Below are positions 8,358-16,234 of a stretch of 21,028 bases of DNA, piece by piece; within the stretch, counting starts at the first letter, position 1, and each line of letters begins with the position of its first letter. This stretch comes from Silvanigrellaceae bacterium (GTDB taxonomy: Bacteria; Bdellovibrionota_B; Oligoflexia; Silvanigrellales; Silvanigrellaceae). Under the pieces are notes generated by a model. That model ran no database searches. It saw only the letters and a program-made list of their open reading frames with translations, and was not told the origin of the DNA. The stretch spans positions 1 to 21,028 of the forward strand of contig JBMSQQ010000061.1 of NCBI GenBank assembly GCA_049423385.1, given 5' to 3'. The position numbers and the translations under genes were made by a program.

Positions 8358-9265
8358 AAATCACCGGTACATTTCTCGACGAAATCACCCACGACATTCC
8401 ACCGCAGAATTGGGGGCGCCGCGAATGGGCTGCCGACTTCGATGCCATGAAGGCCATCGGCATCGACACCGTCATTCTTATTCGGGCTGGATACCGTGAG
8501 CGTCTGACCTTTGATTCCAAAGTCATCAATCGTCATCGCAAGTGCCTGCCGGCTTATCAGGATCTGGTGGACGTCTTTCTGACCGAGGCGGAACGCTGCG
8601 GAATGAAATTTTTCTTCGGCACTTATGATTCAGGCGAACACTGGATTTCCGGCGACTACAAAAAAGAAAGCGATTTGAACAGGGATTTCTGCAGCGAGGT
8701 GATGGACAAGTACGGTCATCGCAAAGCTTTTGCAGGTTGGTACATCAGTCACGAGATCAATACCTTTGATGCAGGAATGATGCGTGTTTATGATGAGCTT
8801 TCCACCCACCTGCGTTCGCTCAAAAAGATCCCTATCCTCATGTCGCCCTATGTGAAGGGCGTCAAGCAGTTTGGTGCCGAAGCCATTTCGCTCGACAGGC
8901 ACGTCAAGGAATGGGGTTCTGTGTTTCGCGACCTCGAGGGCAAGGTCGACATCGTGGCCTTCCAGGACGGACAAATGTCATTCCTGGAATTGCCTGACTA
9001 CCTGAAGGTCAATCGCGAATTGGCCGTCAAACACGGATTGCAGTGCTGGAGCAACCTCGAGAGTTTTGATCGCGACATGCCGATCAAATTTCCTCCGACC
9101 GACATCCGCAAGCTCATCTACAAGGCCGAACAGGCTTCGGCCGCGGGCGTCGACAAGCTCATCACCTTTGAATTTTCGCATTTCATGAGTCCGAATTCGA
9201 TTTATCCGGCAGCTCATCAATTGTACAAGCGCTACCAGGAATGGATGCGCGGAGAGGAACTGTGA
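8351..9265 (+). CDS. DUF4434/DUF5109-like putative glycoside hydrolase (TIM barrel)
   Basis: N-terminal ITGTFLDEITHDIPPQNWG..W..DF..MK.IGIDTVILIR matches the DUF4434 family as I recall it. Candidate catalytic Glu in GWYISHEIN and WSNLESFD, plus AFQDG and ITFEFSHFMSP. Start overlaps the GH38 stop by 7 nt. Confidence 0.8.
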   Translation: MLKITGTFLDEITHDIPPQNWGRREWAADFDAMKAIGIDTVILIRAGYRERLTFDSKVINRHRKCLPAYQDLVDVFLTEAERCGMKFFFGTYDSGEHWISGDYKKESDLNRDFCSEVMDKYGHRKAFAGWYISHEINTFDAGMMRVYDELSTHLRSLKKIPILMSPYVKGVKQFGAEAISLDRHVKEWGSVFRDLEGKVDIVAFQDGQMSFLELPDYLKVNRELAVKHGLQCWSNLESFDRDMPIKFPPTDIRKLIYKAEQASAAGVDKLITFEFSHFMSPNSIYPAAHQLYKRYQEWMRGEEL

Positions 9266-10461
9266 AAATGCAGTCGGCACCAGCGTCACGTGAAACTCTC
9301 TCTCGCCTTCGCCGTGAATTTGAGAGTGAACTTTTTGAGAATGTGATTCCGTTTTGGGAGAAGCATTCCTGGGACAAAGAAAATGGTGGTTTCTGGAACT
9401 GCCTCGACCAAAGTGGAAAAGTTTTTGATGTGACCAAATATGGTTGGTTGCAAGGGCGCGAAACCTGGTTGTTCAGCAAGCTTTACCGCACGGTTGAAAA
9501 AAAGCCGTTGTGGCTCGAGATGGCACGCAGTGGTGCCGAATTTTTGCGTCACAAGGCACTCACGTCAGACGACCGCATTCCTTTCCGCATGACTGCCGAG
9601 GGCAAGCCGGTTTACGTCCAGCGCAAGATCTTCAGCGAGTGCTTTTACATCATGGCCATGGCGGAATATTCGCGCGCCAGTGGTGACGAAAGTTACATGC
9701 GTGAAGCGGAGCGGATGTTTGCCAAGGTCTGGGAATGGGCCTTTGACTGGCGCAAGGTTGGCAGACCTTCCTATGAAGGCGAAACGCCGCTGCAGTCTTT
9801 GGCTGTCCCGATGATTCTGATGAATCTCATCGAGGAACTCACCGACGGCAATGCAGCGCCTTACCAAAAACAGTTGGCTGATTGCCAAAGTGCCTTTTTG
9901 CGCCACGTTAAGCTCGACGAAAAGCGGGTCTATGAATTCGTTCGTCCCGACGGTTCGTTGTGTTTGGACATCCCCGAGGGCCGGCAGTTGAATCCGGGCC
10001 ATGCCATCGAGGCGGGTTGGTTTTTGCAACACTGGGCACAGCGACAAAAGAACAAAGAGCTTTCAGATCTCGCCATTCAGGTGGTGCGCTGGTCGCATGC
10101 CGAAGGCTGGGACAAAGAGAATGGTGGTTTGTTTTATTTCCTCGACGCCCGTGGCCATTCGCCTGTGCAATTGGAATGGAACATGAAACTCTGGTGGCCA
10201 CATTGCGAAGCACTCTATGCGCACCTGCTCAATTACAGTCTGACAGGCAGCACGATCGACTGGGAGTTCTTCCAGTCAACCAAGGACTACACCTTCGGGC
10301 ATTTTCCAGATCGCACCCATGGTGAATGGTTTGGCTACCTCGACAGGCAAGGGCGGGTGAGCCAGTCGTTCAAGGGTGGCGCATACAAGTGCGCATTTCA
10401 TGTTCCCCGGGCACTGCTGTTGTGCCGCAACTTGTTGGCAAAAATGGAGACAGCACAATGA
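9262..10461 (+). CDS. N-acylglucosamine 2-epimerase (AGE / renin-binding protein family)
   Basis: KYGWLQGR, IFSECFY, catalytic His motif NPGHAIEAGWF, QLEWNMKLWWPHCEA, GEWFGYL, second catalytic His in KGGAYKCAFHVPR. Start is GTG 9262 (GTGA overlap) or ATG 9268, with RBS GGAGAGG at 9251-9257. Confidence 0.93.
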   Translation: MKMQSAPASRETLSRLRREFESELFENVIPFWEKHSWDKENGGFWNCLDQSGKVFDVTKYGWLQGRETWLFSKLYRTVEKKPLWLEMARSGAEFLRHKALTSDDRIPFRMTAEGKPVYVQRKIFSECFYIMAMAEYSRASGDESYMREAERMFAKVWEWAFDWRKVGRPSYEGETPLQSLAVPMILMNLIEELTDGNAAPYQKQLADCQSAFLRHVKLDEKRVYEFVRPDGSLCLDIPEGRQLNPGHAIEAGWFLQHWAQRQKNKELSDLAIQVVRWSHAEGWDKENGGLFYFLDARGHSPVQLEWNMKLWWPHCEALYAHLLNYSLTGSTIDWEFFQSTKDYTFGHFPDRTHGEWFGYLDRQGRVSQSFKGGAYKCAFHVPRALLLCRNLLAKMETAQ

Positions 10462-12332
10462 ACTGGTTCAACGGTACAAATCTTCTCGGCGGGCTCGATT
10501 ACGCTGTTATTGGCGCGTATCTCCTGGGCATCATGATTTTGGGCCTGTGGCTCGAGCGCAAGGCACGCGGCAGTATCGACGCCTACTTTCTCGGCAACCG
10601 CGATTTGCCATGGTGGGCGTTGGGTGCGTCGGGCATGGCCTCCAACACCGATATCGCCGGAACGATGGTCATTACCGCGCTCATCTATTCTTTGGGCGTG
10701 AAAGGATTTTTCATCGAAATCCGCGGCGGGATTGTTCTCATCATGGCATTCTTCATGATTTTCATGGGCAAGTGGACACGCCGAGCGCAGGTGATGACCC
10801 TTGCTGAATGGATGAAACTTCGTTTTGGTGATGGCCGCGAAGGACGCACGGCTCGCCTTATCAGTGCTCTTGCAAATCTTGTCGTTTCGATTTGGATCAT
10901 CAGCTATTTCGCCGTCGGCGGCGGAAAGTTCTTTGGCATGCTGATGGGAATTGATGATCGTGTCGCATCGATTGCACTCATTCTCCTGACGATGGTCTAC
11001 ACAGCTGCAAGTGGTTTTTATGGTGTCGTTTGGACGGATGTCGTGCAGGGTGGGCTTATTCTCGTGGCCGTGCTGTATGTGATTTTCGTCGCAATGACGC
11101 AGGTGAACTTGCCTCCTGAATTCACCGTCTCGGTGCCCGACGGCCATGGTGGATTCGAAGCGGTCCGCACGACCCTCAATGAGTGGGCAAACATTTTGCC
11201 ACCGATGAATCTGGAATTGCCGGGCGAGTATTCGCGCTACAATATTTTCGGCATCACTGTCTTTTTCTATCTGCTGAAGACTTGTATCGAGGGCTTCGCT
11301 GGTGCGGGTGGTTATACAAGCCAACGCTATTTTGCGGCCAAATCCGATCGCGAGGCAGGACTTCTCTCTCTGTTTTGGATTCTTCTTTTGTCGTTCCGTT
11401 GGCCGTTGGTCATGGGGCTTGCGATATTGGGAATTCACCACGGAATCACCACTGGTAAGATCATCGATCCGGAACTTGTTCTGCCGACTGTGCTTGCCGA
11501 GTACATGCCACCGGGCATGAAAGGGCTGGTGATTGCCTGCTTCATGGCGGCGGCGATGTCGACCTTCACTGCGGTGATCAACGCCGGTGCAGCATATTGG
11601 GTGAAAGATATTTACGAAACGTTCATCAATCCCAAGGCTTCTTCCAAAACTCTCGTTTGGCATTCGCGACTTGCAACAGTTGCGATTGTTGTTCTTGGAT
11701 TGGCTTTCAGCCTCGACAGCGTGAACATCAACGACATCTGGGGATGGATCACCATGGCCTTTGGTACGGGCTTGTTTGTTCCACTTTTGTTGCGCTGGTA
11801 CTGGTGGCGCTACAACGGCTACGGATTCGCACTCGGCACGCTGTTTGGAATGCTTTCTGCGGTGCTCATCCGTGTGCTGAAAATTGATTTGCCCGAGTAC
11901 ATGGGATTCGTTGCTCCCAGCGCAATTTCGTTGGTCGGTTGTATTGCCGGCACATACCTCACTGCTCCGACTCCACGCTCCGTTTTGGTGAATTTTGTGA
12001 AGGTCACCCGACCCTTTGGATTTTGGGCCGACATTGCCCAGGAATTGCCCCAGGCTGAGCAGGATGCAATTCGAACCGAAACCCGTCGCGACCTTGCTGC
12101 CGTTGTTTTTGCCGTTCCCTGGCAGCTGGTGCTGTTTCTGCTGGGAATGGTGGTCGTGCTTCGCCAATGGAACGCTTTTGCAGCCCTGTTCCTCGCTTTT
12201 GCCGGACTTTCTGCGGGGCTTTACTGGTTTTGGTTCCGTCATCTCTCTGCCACGGAAGCTCTCCGCGCGAGTGCCAATCTCGGGCAAGATGGACAAGGGG
12301 ATTCGCGGCCCGAGGCAGTGCCGGAATCCTGA
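10458..12332 (+). CDS. Sodium:solute symporter (SSS/SLC5 family), probable sugar importer (624 aa)
   Basis: LDYAVIGAYL, YFLGNRDLPWWALGAS, GFYGVVWTDVVQ, SQRYFAAKSDREA, GLVIACFMAAAMST and many hydrophobic segments. Start moved to ATG 10458 (ATGA overlap with the AGE stop, GGAG at 10446-10449). Confidence 0.93.
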   Translation: MNWFNGTNLLGGLDYAVIGAYLLGIMILGLWLERKARGSIDAYFLGNRDLPWWALGASGMASNTDIAGTMVITALIYSLGVKGFFIEIRGGIVLIMAFFMIFMGKWTRRAQVMTLAEWMKLRFGDGREGRTARLISALANLVVSIWIISYFAVGGGKFFGMLMGIDDRVASIALILLTMVYTAASGFYGVVWTDVVQGGLILVAVLYVIFVAMTQVNLPPEFTVSVPDGHGGFEAVRTTLNEWANILPPMNLELPGEYSRYNIFGITVFFYLLKTCIEGFAGAGGYTSQRYFAAKSDREAGLLSLFWILLLSFRWPLVMGLAILGIHHGITTGKIIDPELVLPTVLAEYMPPGMKGLVIACFMAAAMSTFTAVINAGAAYWVKDIYETFINPKASSKTLVWHSRLATVAIVVLGLAFSLDSVNINDIWGWITMAFGTGLFVPLLLRWYWWRYNGYGFALGTLFGMLSAVLIRVLKIDLPEYMGFVAPSAISLVGCIAGTYLTAPTPRSVLVNFVKVTRPFGFWADIAQELPQAEQDAIRTETRRDLAAVVFAVPWQLVLFLLGMVVVLRQWNAFAALFLAFAGLSAGLYWFWFRHLSATEALRASANLGQDGQGDSRPEAVPES

Positions 12333-12356
12333 AGGTCAGGTCATCGCCTGACTTCA
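12330..12356 (+). terminator. Stem-loop directly at the end of the sugar operon
   Basis: TGAAGGTCAGG-tcatcg-CCTGACTTCA: 10-bp stem with one bulged G, starting at the stop codon. No U-tract. Confidence 0.4.
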
Positions 12357-12372
12357 AGGTTGGGGAAGACAG

Positions 12373-13563
12373 GTGATGACCAGGTTCAACAGCGACAAGC
12401 CATTTCGTTTCATCGGTCCTCTTCGCGGAGCAGCGATGCTGTCTGCAGCGGTCGCTTTTGCCTCTCCGATGGCAGGCTGCACACCTCTTTCCTCCTGGTT
12501 CGCCTCAAGCAAAAAAACAGACAGTTCGAGCAGCGTTGCACCCGAGCGGCCGTTGGTGAGCAATGCGTTTGCTTATGCGCGATATGTGGCAATGAATCTT
12601 GAACCTTCAATTGGCAGCCGCGAGTGGAACGATGAATCCGTCCGCAAAGTCCTTGTTGACCACGCCGTGGCGTCTTGCATCCAGCCCGACGAGGTTTTGG
12701 CCATTCTGAGTGCAGAAATGGGCAATCCGACCGCAACCCCATCTTTGATCGAGGGTAAAATCCAAGGTCCCGAAGTCGACAGGGGGACGAGCGTTGGGTC
12801 TGAAATGGGATCGACCTTTCAGCGCATTTCGTCGTTGGAGGCCCAGCATGGCCGGTGCATGGCAAGTGGACAACGGACGGCTCGAGCGTGTTGTGAGGCC
12901 TTGGCCTTGCCCTTGGCTGTGCTGCCGGAATGGAAATCAATGAGCCAGGAGCAACGGTCTGCCCTGAGCCAGGTTGCGAGGACCGGCGACGCAGATGCCC
13001 GCAGACGAATTTACGAAGCTTGGGGCGAGGGATTTCGATTGCAGGGACTCAAGGCCTGGCTTTCGGTATGTCATGGAACGATTACAAAACAACCTGAAAC
13101 CCTTGAAGAATTCAGAAAATCAGAGTGGTTTCAGGCTGTCGCCACAGTGTCCTGGAAGCGAATGTTGCACCCCCGCTCCCGGGCCAAACAGGGCCCCCGC
13201 AGAATTCAAACCCGCTCCGATGGCCAGGTTTCAATTGCCGAGACTCTCAAACCCGACACCTGCGCAGTGACCGAAACCGAAGTGATTGTTCGGCGGCCCG
13301 ATGGAGCACTGAATTTTTGGGTCTACGACGCTGCTGGAAAAACCATCAACCGTAGCCATTTTCCGGCTCCCGGTCGTTCAGAAGGCAGTCACGACACCAT
13401 TGAAAAGCCGTCTCCGGATGCCTGCATGGGCTGCCACTACGACCTCAAGGCGCGCACCTTTGATGTTCTTTTTCCATCTGCCGACGAATTGAAGCTGGCC
13501 AAGACTTCGAATTTGCCGTTGCTATGTCGATTGGCCGATGAGCCTGTGGCAGAAGACAACTGA
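12373..13563 (+). CDS. Uncharacterised lipoprotein with one C-terminal CxxCH heme-c motif
   Basis: 396-aa ORF filling the gap between neighbours. Hydrophobic segment ending MAG-C36, followed by a Ser-rich linker. CMGCH at 13423-13437. Start GTG 12373 or ATG 12376, with a purine-rich GGGGAAG upstream. Confidence 0.7.
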   Translation: MMTRFNSDKPFRFIGPLRGAAMLSAAVAFASPMAGCTPLSSWFASSKKTDSSSSVAPERPLVSNAFAYARYVAMNLEPSIGSREWNDESVRKVLVDHAVASCIQPDEVLAILSAEMGNPTATPSLIEGKIQGPEVDRGTSVGSEMGSTFQRISSLEAQHGRCMASGQRTARACCEALALPLAVLPEWKSMSQEQRSALSQVARTGDADARRRIYEAWGEGFRLQGLKAWLSVCHGTITKQPETLEEFRKSEWFQAVATVSWKRMLHPRSRAKQGPRRIQTRSDGQVSIAETLKPDTCAVTETEVIVRRPDGALNFWVYDAAGKTINRSHFPAPGRSEGSHDTIEKPSPDACMGCHYDLKARTFDVLFPSADELKLAKTSNLPLLCRLADEPVAEDN

Positions 13564-13673
13564 ATTCGGCCAACCAGCCGAAAACGCCCCAAAAAAATCG
13601 CTCGACAAAATAAAATTTGTTCATTATCGGCACGCAACCCGGTTGTGTTTCGGGGTCAATGGGAGACGACTCG

Positions 13674-15641
13674 ATGAGGTCGGTTTCGAGTAGTATTGTG
13701 TGTCTTGTTGTTGCGTTTTTGATCGCTGCTTGCGGACAGTCCGCGGGGCGGTTCAATTACAACCCGCATGCACACGTTTCGCAGACCCGGAGTGTGGGTT
13801 CAAAAAAGACGGCATGTGTCAGCTTTCAGGGCAATGGCGTTTATTTTTCATCGCACGTGGGTGCACTCATCTCGCTTCTCGAGAATAACTACGAACCTGT
13901 TTTCGCCACTGGCGGATCGAGCGGAGCGATTCTTGCGGGTGTTGCCCGTGCGTTGGTGGAAAATCCAACTCTCTCCAACACCGCCGGATTCAATCCGCAG
14001 GACGCTGCGGTTGTGTTGGCTGCAAGTGCTCCCATCATCGAATCCGTTCTTTTTCTTCCGCGATTCACCACACCACTTTTGCTGCTTGATTCACTTGATG
14101 TCTTTCTCACCGGCTCGAGCCTTGGAGTGCTTTCGGCAGATCCCACAGATGGACTCGTGAATGCCGAATCGATTGTTGGCCAGGCTACCCTGGTGGTGGA
14201 TTTTTATCGAACTGTGGATTTCAGCCAAATCCGTTCGCTGCAAAGTTTGCGAGAGCGCGAAGTCGCACTGGCTCGACTTTGGAAGCAATTTGCAAACACG
14301 GTCGACGTGACTCCCGAAGATGCTGCAGACGCCTTGCTCACCAGCCGTGATACTCTCGAGAGCGAAGGTCGCAATGACCTCGTGACCATCCAGGATCGCA
14401 TCTTCAAGCTGTTCAAAAGCAAGAAAGACACTTTCCACACCAATTGGAAAACCCAACAGGAATCGTGGAACCGCTTGATTGGCGGGAATGCGAAAGTCTT
14501 CGGACTCGATTCGCGCGAGCGCAGACAAGCCATCTTCAAGAAGTTGGTTGAAAAAGTGCGTTCACTGGAAAGCTTTGATGCGCTGTCGGCAACCTTCTCG
14601 GGGCAATTCATGCTGGCCGATCCTGATCGTGTCTATCGCGCTTTCGAGGGATTCGATTCACGCACAAATCGACGCATTGAAATTCCTTCCAACACCATCA
14701 TCCACAGCACGGCCCGCCGCGCAAAAAAGGTGGATGGGGATTGGCGGGAAGCCAAAGGGATTGCGAGCCTGCATCAGGTCTATTTTTCAAGCCCTGGCCA
14801 GGCTGGGCAATTTGCCGAGCAATTGCTCCTTCCCGGGAACAACCCTTTGCGTCCATCGGATGAGAAACTGCAGCCGATCATCCCCACTGAGAGAATCGTG
14901 GTGACATCCCTGCCGCTCGGGCCAACACTTGCGGCAACAACGGGTGAACCCACTGCCTTCCTGCGTTATCCAATCGAAATCGACGTTCCGGCGCGTTTGC
15001 GGCTGGGCTGGACGGGTGTGAATGATGCACTCATTGGCTACGGTGGCTGGCTCGAAAAAGTGTCCCTGGGAACTGCTCGGAAATTCGAAGCCTGTGCTGC
15101 GAAAAATGTTGATGCCTATTTCTTCACGTCCGACGGCGAAGGAGTGAATCGCTTTTCCAAAATGGCACTGTTGGGATTGTTTCTCGATGCTCCGCTGCGC
15201 GGACTTCTGGCCAAGCAAATCGAACGTCCCAGCGACATTCACGCGTTGTTGGCTGGCACATCGGTCAACAGTGGATTTGCAACTGGCGAATTGCAGTCCG
15301 CCTTTGATGAGGCCGTGGGTTCTGCAGATCGCGTCTTTTCGGACAATCGTTCGACGAAAGGACGATTGGGCCACATTCCTGTCAATTTTATTTATGTGAG
15401 TCCTTCGGAGGCAAAAGGCGCGGCGGCGGCAAAGGCCAACGTTGCCATCCGTTCGAATCGTCGTGCAATGGTTTTGGCTGCATACGAATTCACCCGGCGA
15501 ATTATGAGCGAGCAAAAAATGTTGTCTGCAACATTGAATTTCTGGAACCAGGACGGAGATAAAATCAAAGTTCTGCCGCTTGAAAATCCTGCCGACATTC
15601 TCTCTGTCGTGAATCAAACCTTCCCGCGCTTGAGTTACTGA
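13674..15641 (+). CDS. Divergent patatin-like phospholipase-fold lipoprotein (655 aa)
   Basis: ATG 13674 with GGGAG at 13661-13665, lipobox LIAA-C20. Oxyanion-like SFQGNGVYFSSHVGAL, nucleophile elbow GGSSG (GxSxG, 13911-13925), AATTGEPTAF resembling the ASxAxP block, and GYGGW where DGG is expected. Confidence 0.7.
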   Translation: MRSVSSSIVCLVVAFLIAACGQSAGRFNYNPHAHVSQTRSVGSKKTACVSFQGNGVYFSSHVGALISLLENNYEPVFATGGSSGAILAGVARALVENPTLSNTAGFNPQDAAVVLAASAPIIESVLFLPRFTTPLLLLDSLDVFLTGSSLGVLSADPTDGLVNAESIVGQATLVVDFYRTVDFSQIRSLQSLREREVALARLWKQFANTVDVTPEDAADALLTSRDTLESEGRNDLVTIQDRIFKLFKSKKDTFHTNWKTQQESWNRLIGGNAKVFGLDSRERRQAIFKKLVEKVRSLESFDALSATFSGQFMLADPDRVYRAFEGFDSRTNRRIEIPSNTIIHSTARRAKKVDGDWREAKGIASLHQVYFSSPGQAGQFAEQLLLPGNNPLRPSDEKLQPIIPTERIVVTSLPLGPTLAATTGEPTAFLRYPIEIDVPARLRLGWTGVNDALIGYGGWLEKVSLGTARKFEACAAKNVDAYFFTSDGEGVNRFSKMALLGLFLDAPLRGLLAKQIERPSDIHALLAGTSVNSGFATGELQSAFDEAVGSADRVFSDNRSTKGRLGHIPVNFIYVSPSEAKGAAAAKANVAIRSNRRAMVLAAYEFTRRIMSEQKMLSATLNFWNQDGDKIKVLPLENPADILSVVNQTFPRLSY

Positions 15642-15643
15642 GT

Positions 15644-16075
15644 CTACTGGAGTGTGCTGGGACCCGAAATTCCGTCCCGGGACGCGCCCTGCAGGTTTGC
15701 AAGCTTGATGAAGTGCTCTGCTGCGGCGACAAGTTCCTTGACCCTGAATGGTTTTTGAAAAATTGCATCGGCGCCAATAGTGTGGGCATCCTCGCGGGTC
15801 AGGTCGTCATATGCTGTCATGATGAAGATTGCCGGTTGAATTGCATTCCTTTCCGCCGCAATTTTTTTGATGAAGTTCTGGCCCGTGACCCCTGGCATGC
15901 GAATGTCCGTCACAACAAGACTCAATTCCGCGGCGTGTTTCCGCCAAAGCTCCTCGCCCTTCACACCGTTCGATGCCGTCAGCACGCGCCATCCGCACTG
16001 TCCCAAATGCCATCCGAGTTCCTCAAGGATTGAGGATTCATCGTCGACGAGCAAAACCAACGGACGTTGAGACAT
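15644..16075 (-). CDS. Single-domain response regulator (CheY-like receiver)
   Basis: VLLVDDE acidic pocket, phospho-acceptor VVTDIRMP, IMTAY, FQKPF. No output domain. RBS GAGGGAG upstream of ATG 16075. Confidence 0.93.
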   Translation of the reverse strand: MSQRPLVLLVDDESSILEELGWHLGQCGWRVLTASNGVKGEELWRKHAAELSLVVTDIRMPGVTGQNFIKKIAAERNAIQPAIFIMTAYDDLTREDAHTIGADAIFQKPFRVKELVAAAEHFIKLANLQGASRDGISGPSTLQ

Positions 16076-16086
16076 GAAGCTCCCTC

Positions 16087-16115
16087 TTGTTGATTCTTCG
16101 CCAGTTTTGTTGATT
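16087..16115. repeat. 9-bp direct repeat TTGTTGATT with 20-bp period, candidate regulator binding site
   Basis: Exact copies at 16087-16095 and 16107-16115, between the receiver gene RBS and its putative -10. Confidence 0.5.
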
Positions 16116-16140
16116 ATCGGAAGGAAATGCCGGATTTTGA
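16114..16140 (-). promoter_or_regulatory. Sigma-28 (FliA)-type promoter for the receiver gene
   Basis: Minus strand reads TCAA(16140-16137)-N15-TCCGATAA(16121-16114): exact consensus spacing, 7/8 match in the -10. Confidence 0.6.
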
Positions 16141-16169
16141 GGGAAAATTAAAAAAAGTGCCTTTTCACT

Positions 16170-16196
16170 TCAGGTTTAGGCATGTGGTCCCGATAC
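16170..16196 (+). promoter_or_regulatory. Sigma-28 (FliA)-type promoter for the orphan gene pair
   Basis: TCAGGTTT(16170-16177)-N11-CCCGATAC(16189-16196) compared with extended consensus TAAAGTTT-N11-GCCGATAA. Confidence 0.55.
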
Positions 16197-16234
16197 CCCC
16201 TACATCCGAATCACGTCCTGAATTGGAGGTTGTG

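Noticed and set aside
10398..12296. 632-aa ORF antisense to the sodium:solute symporter
   Set aside because: It lies almost entirely opposite a well-supported membrane protein gene. Its His/Gln/Lys/Arg-rich composition is what reverse-complemented hydrophobic codons produce, and it has no recognisable motifs.
16127..16234. ORF-track start at 16127 for the hypothetical protein
   Set aside because: This segment contains the candidate divergent promoters, and a strong GGAGG precedes GTG 16232/16235.
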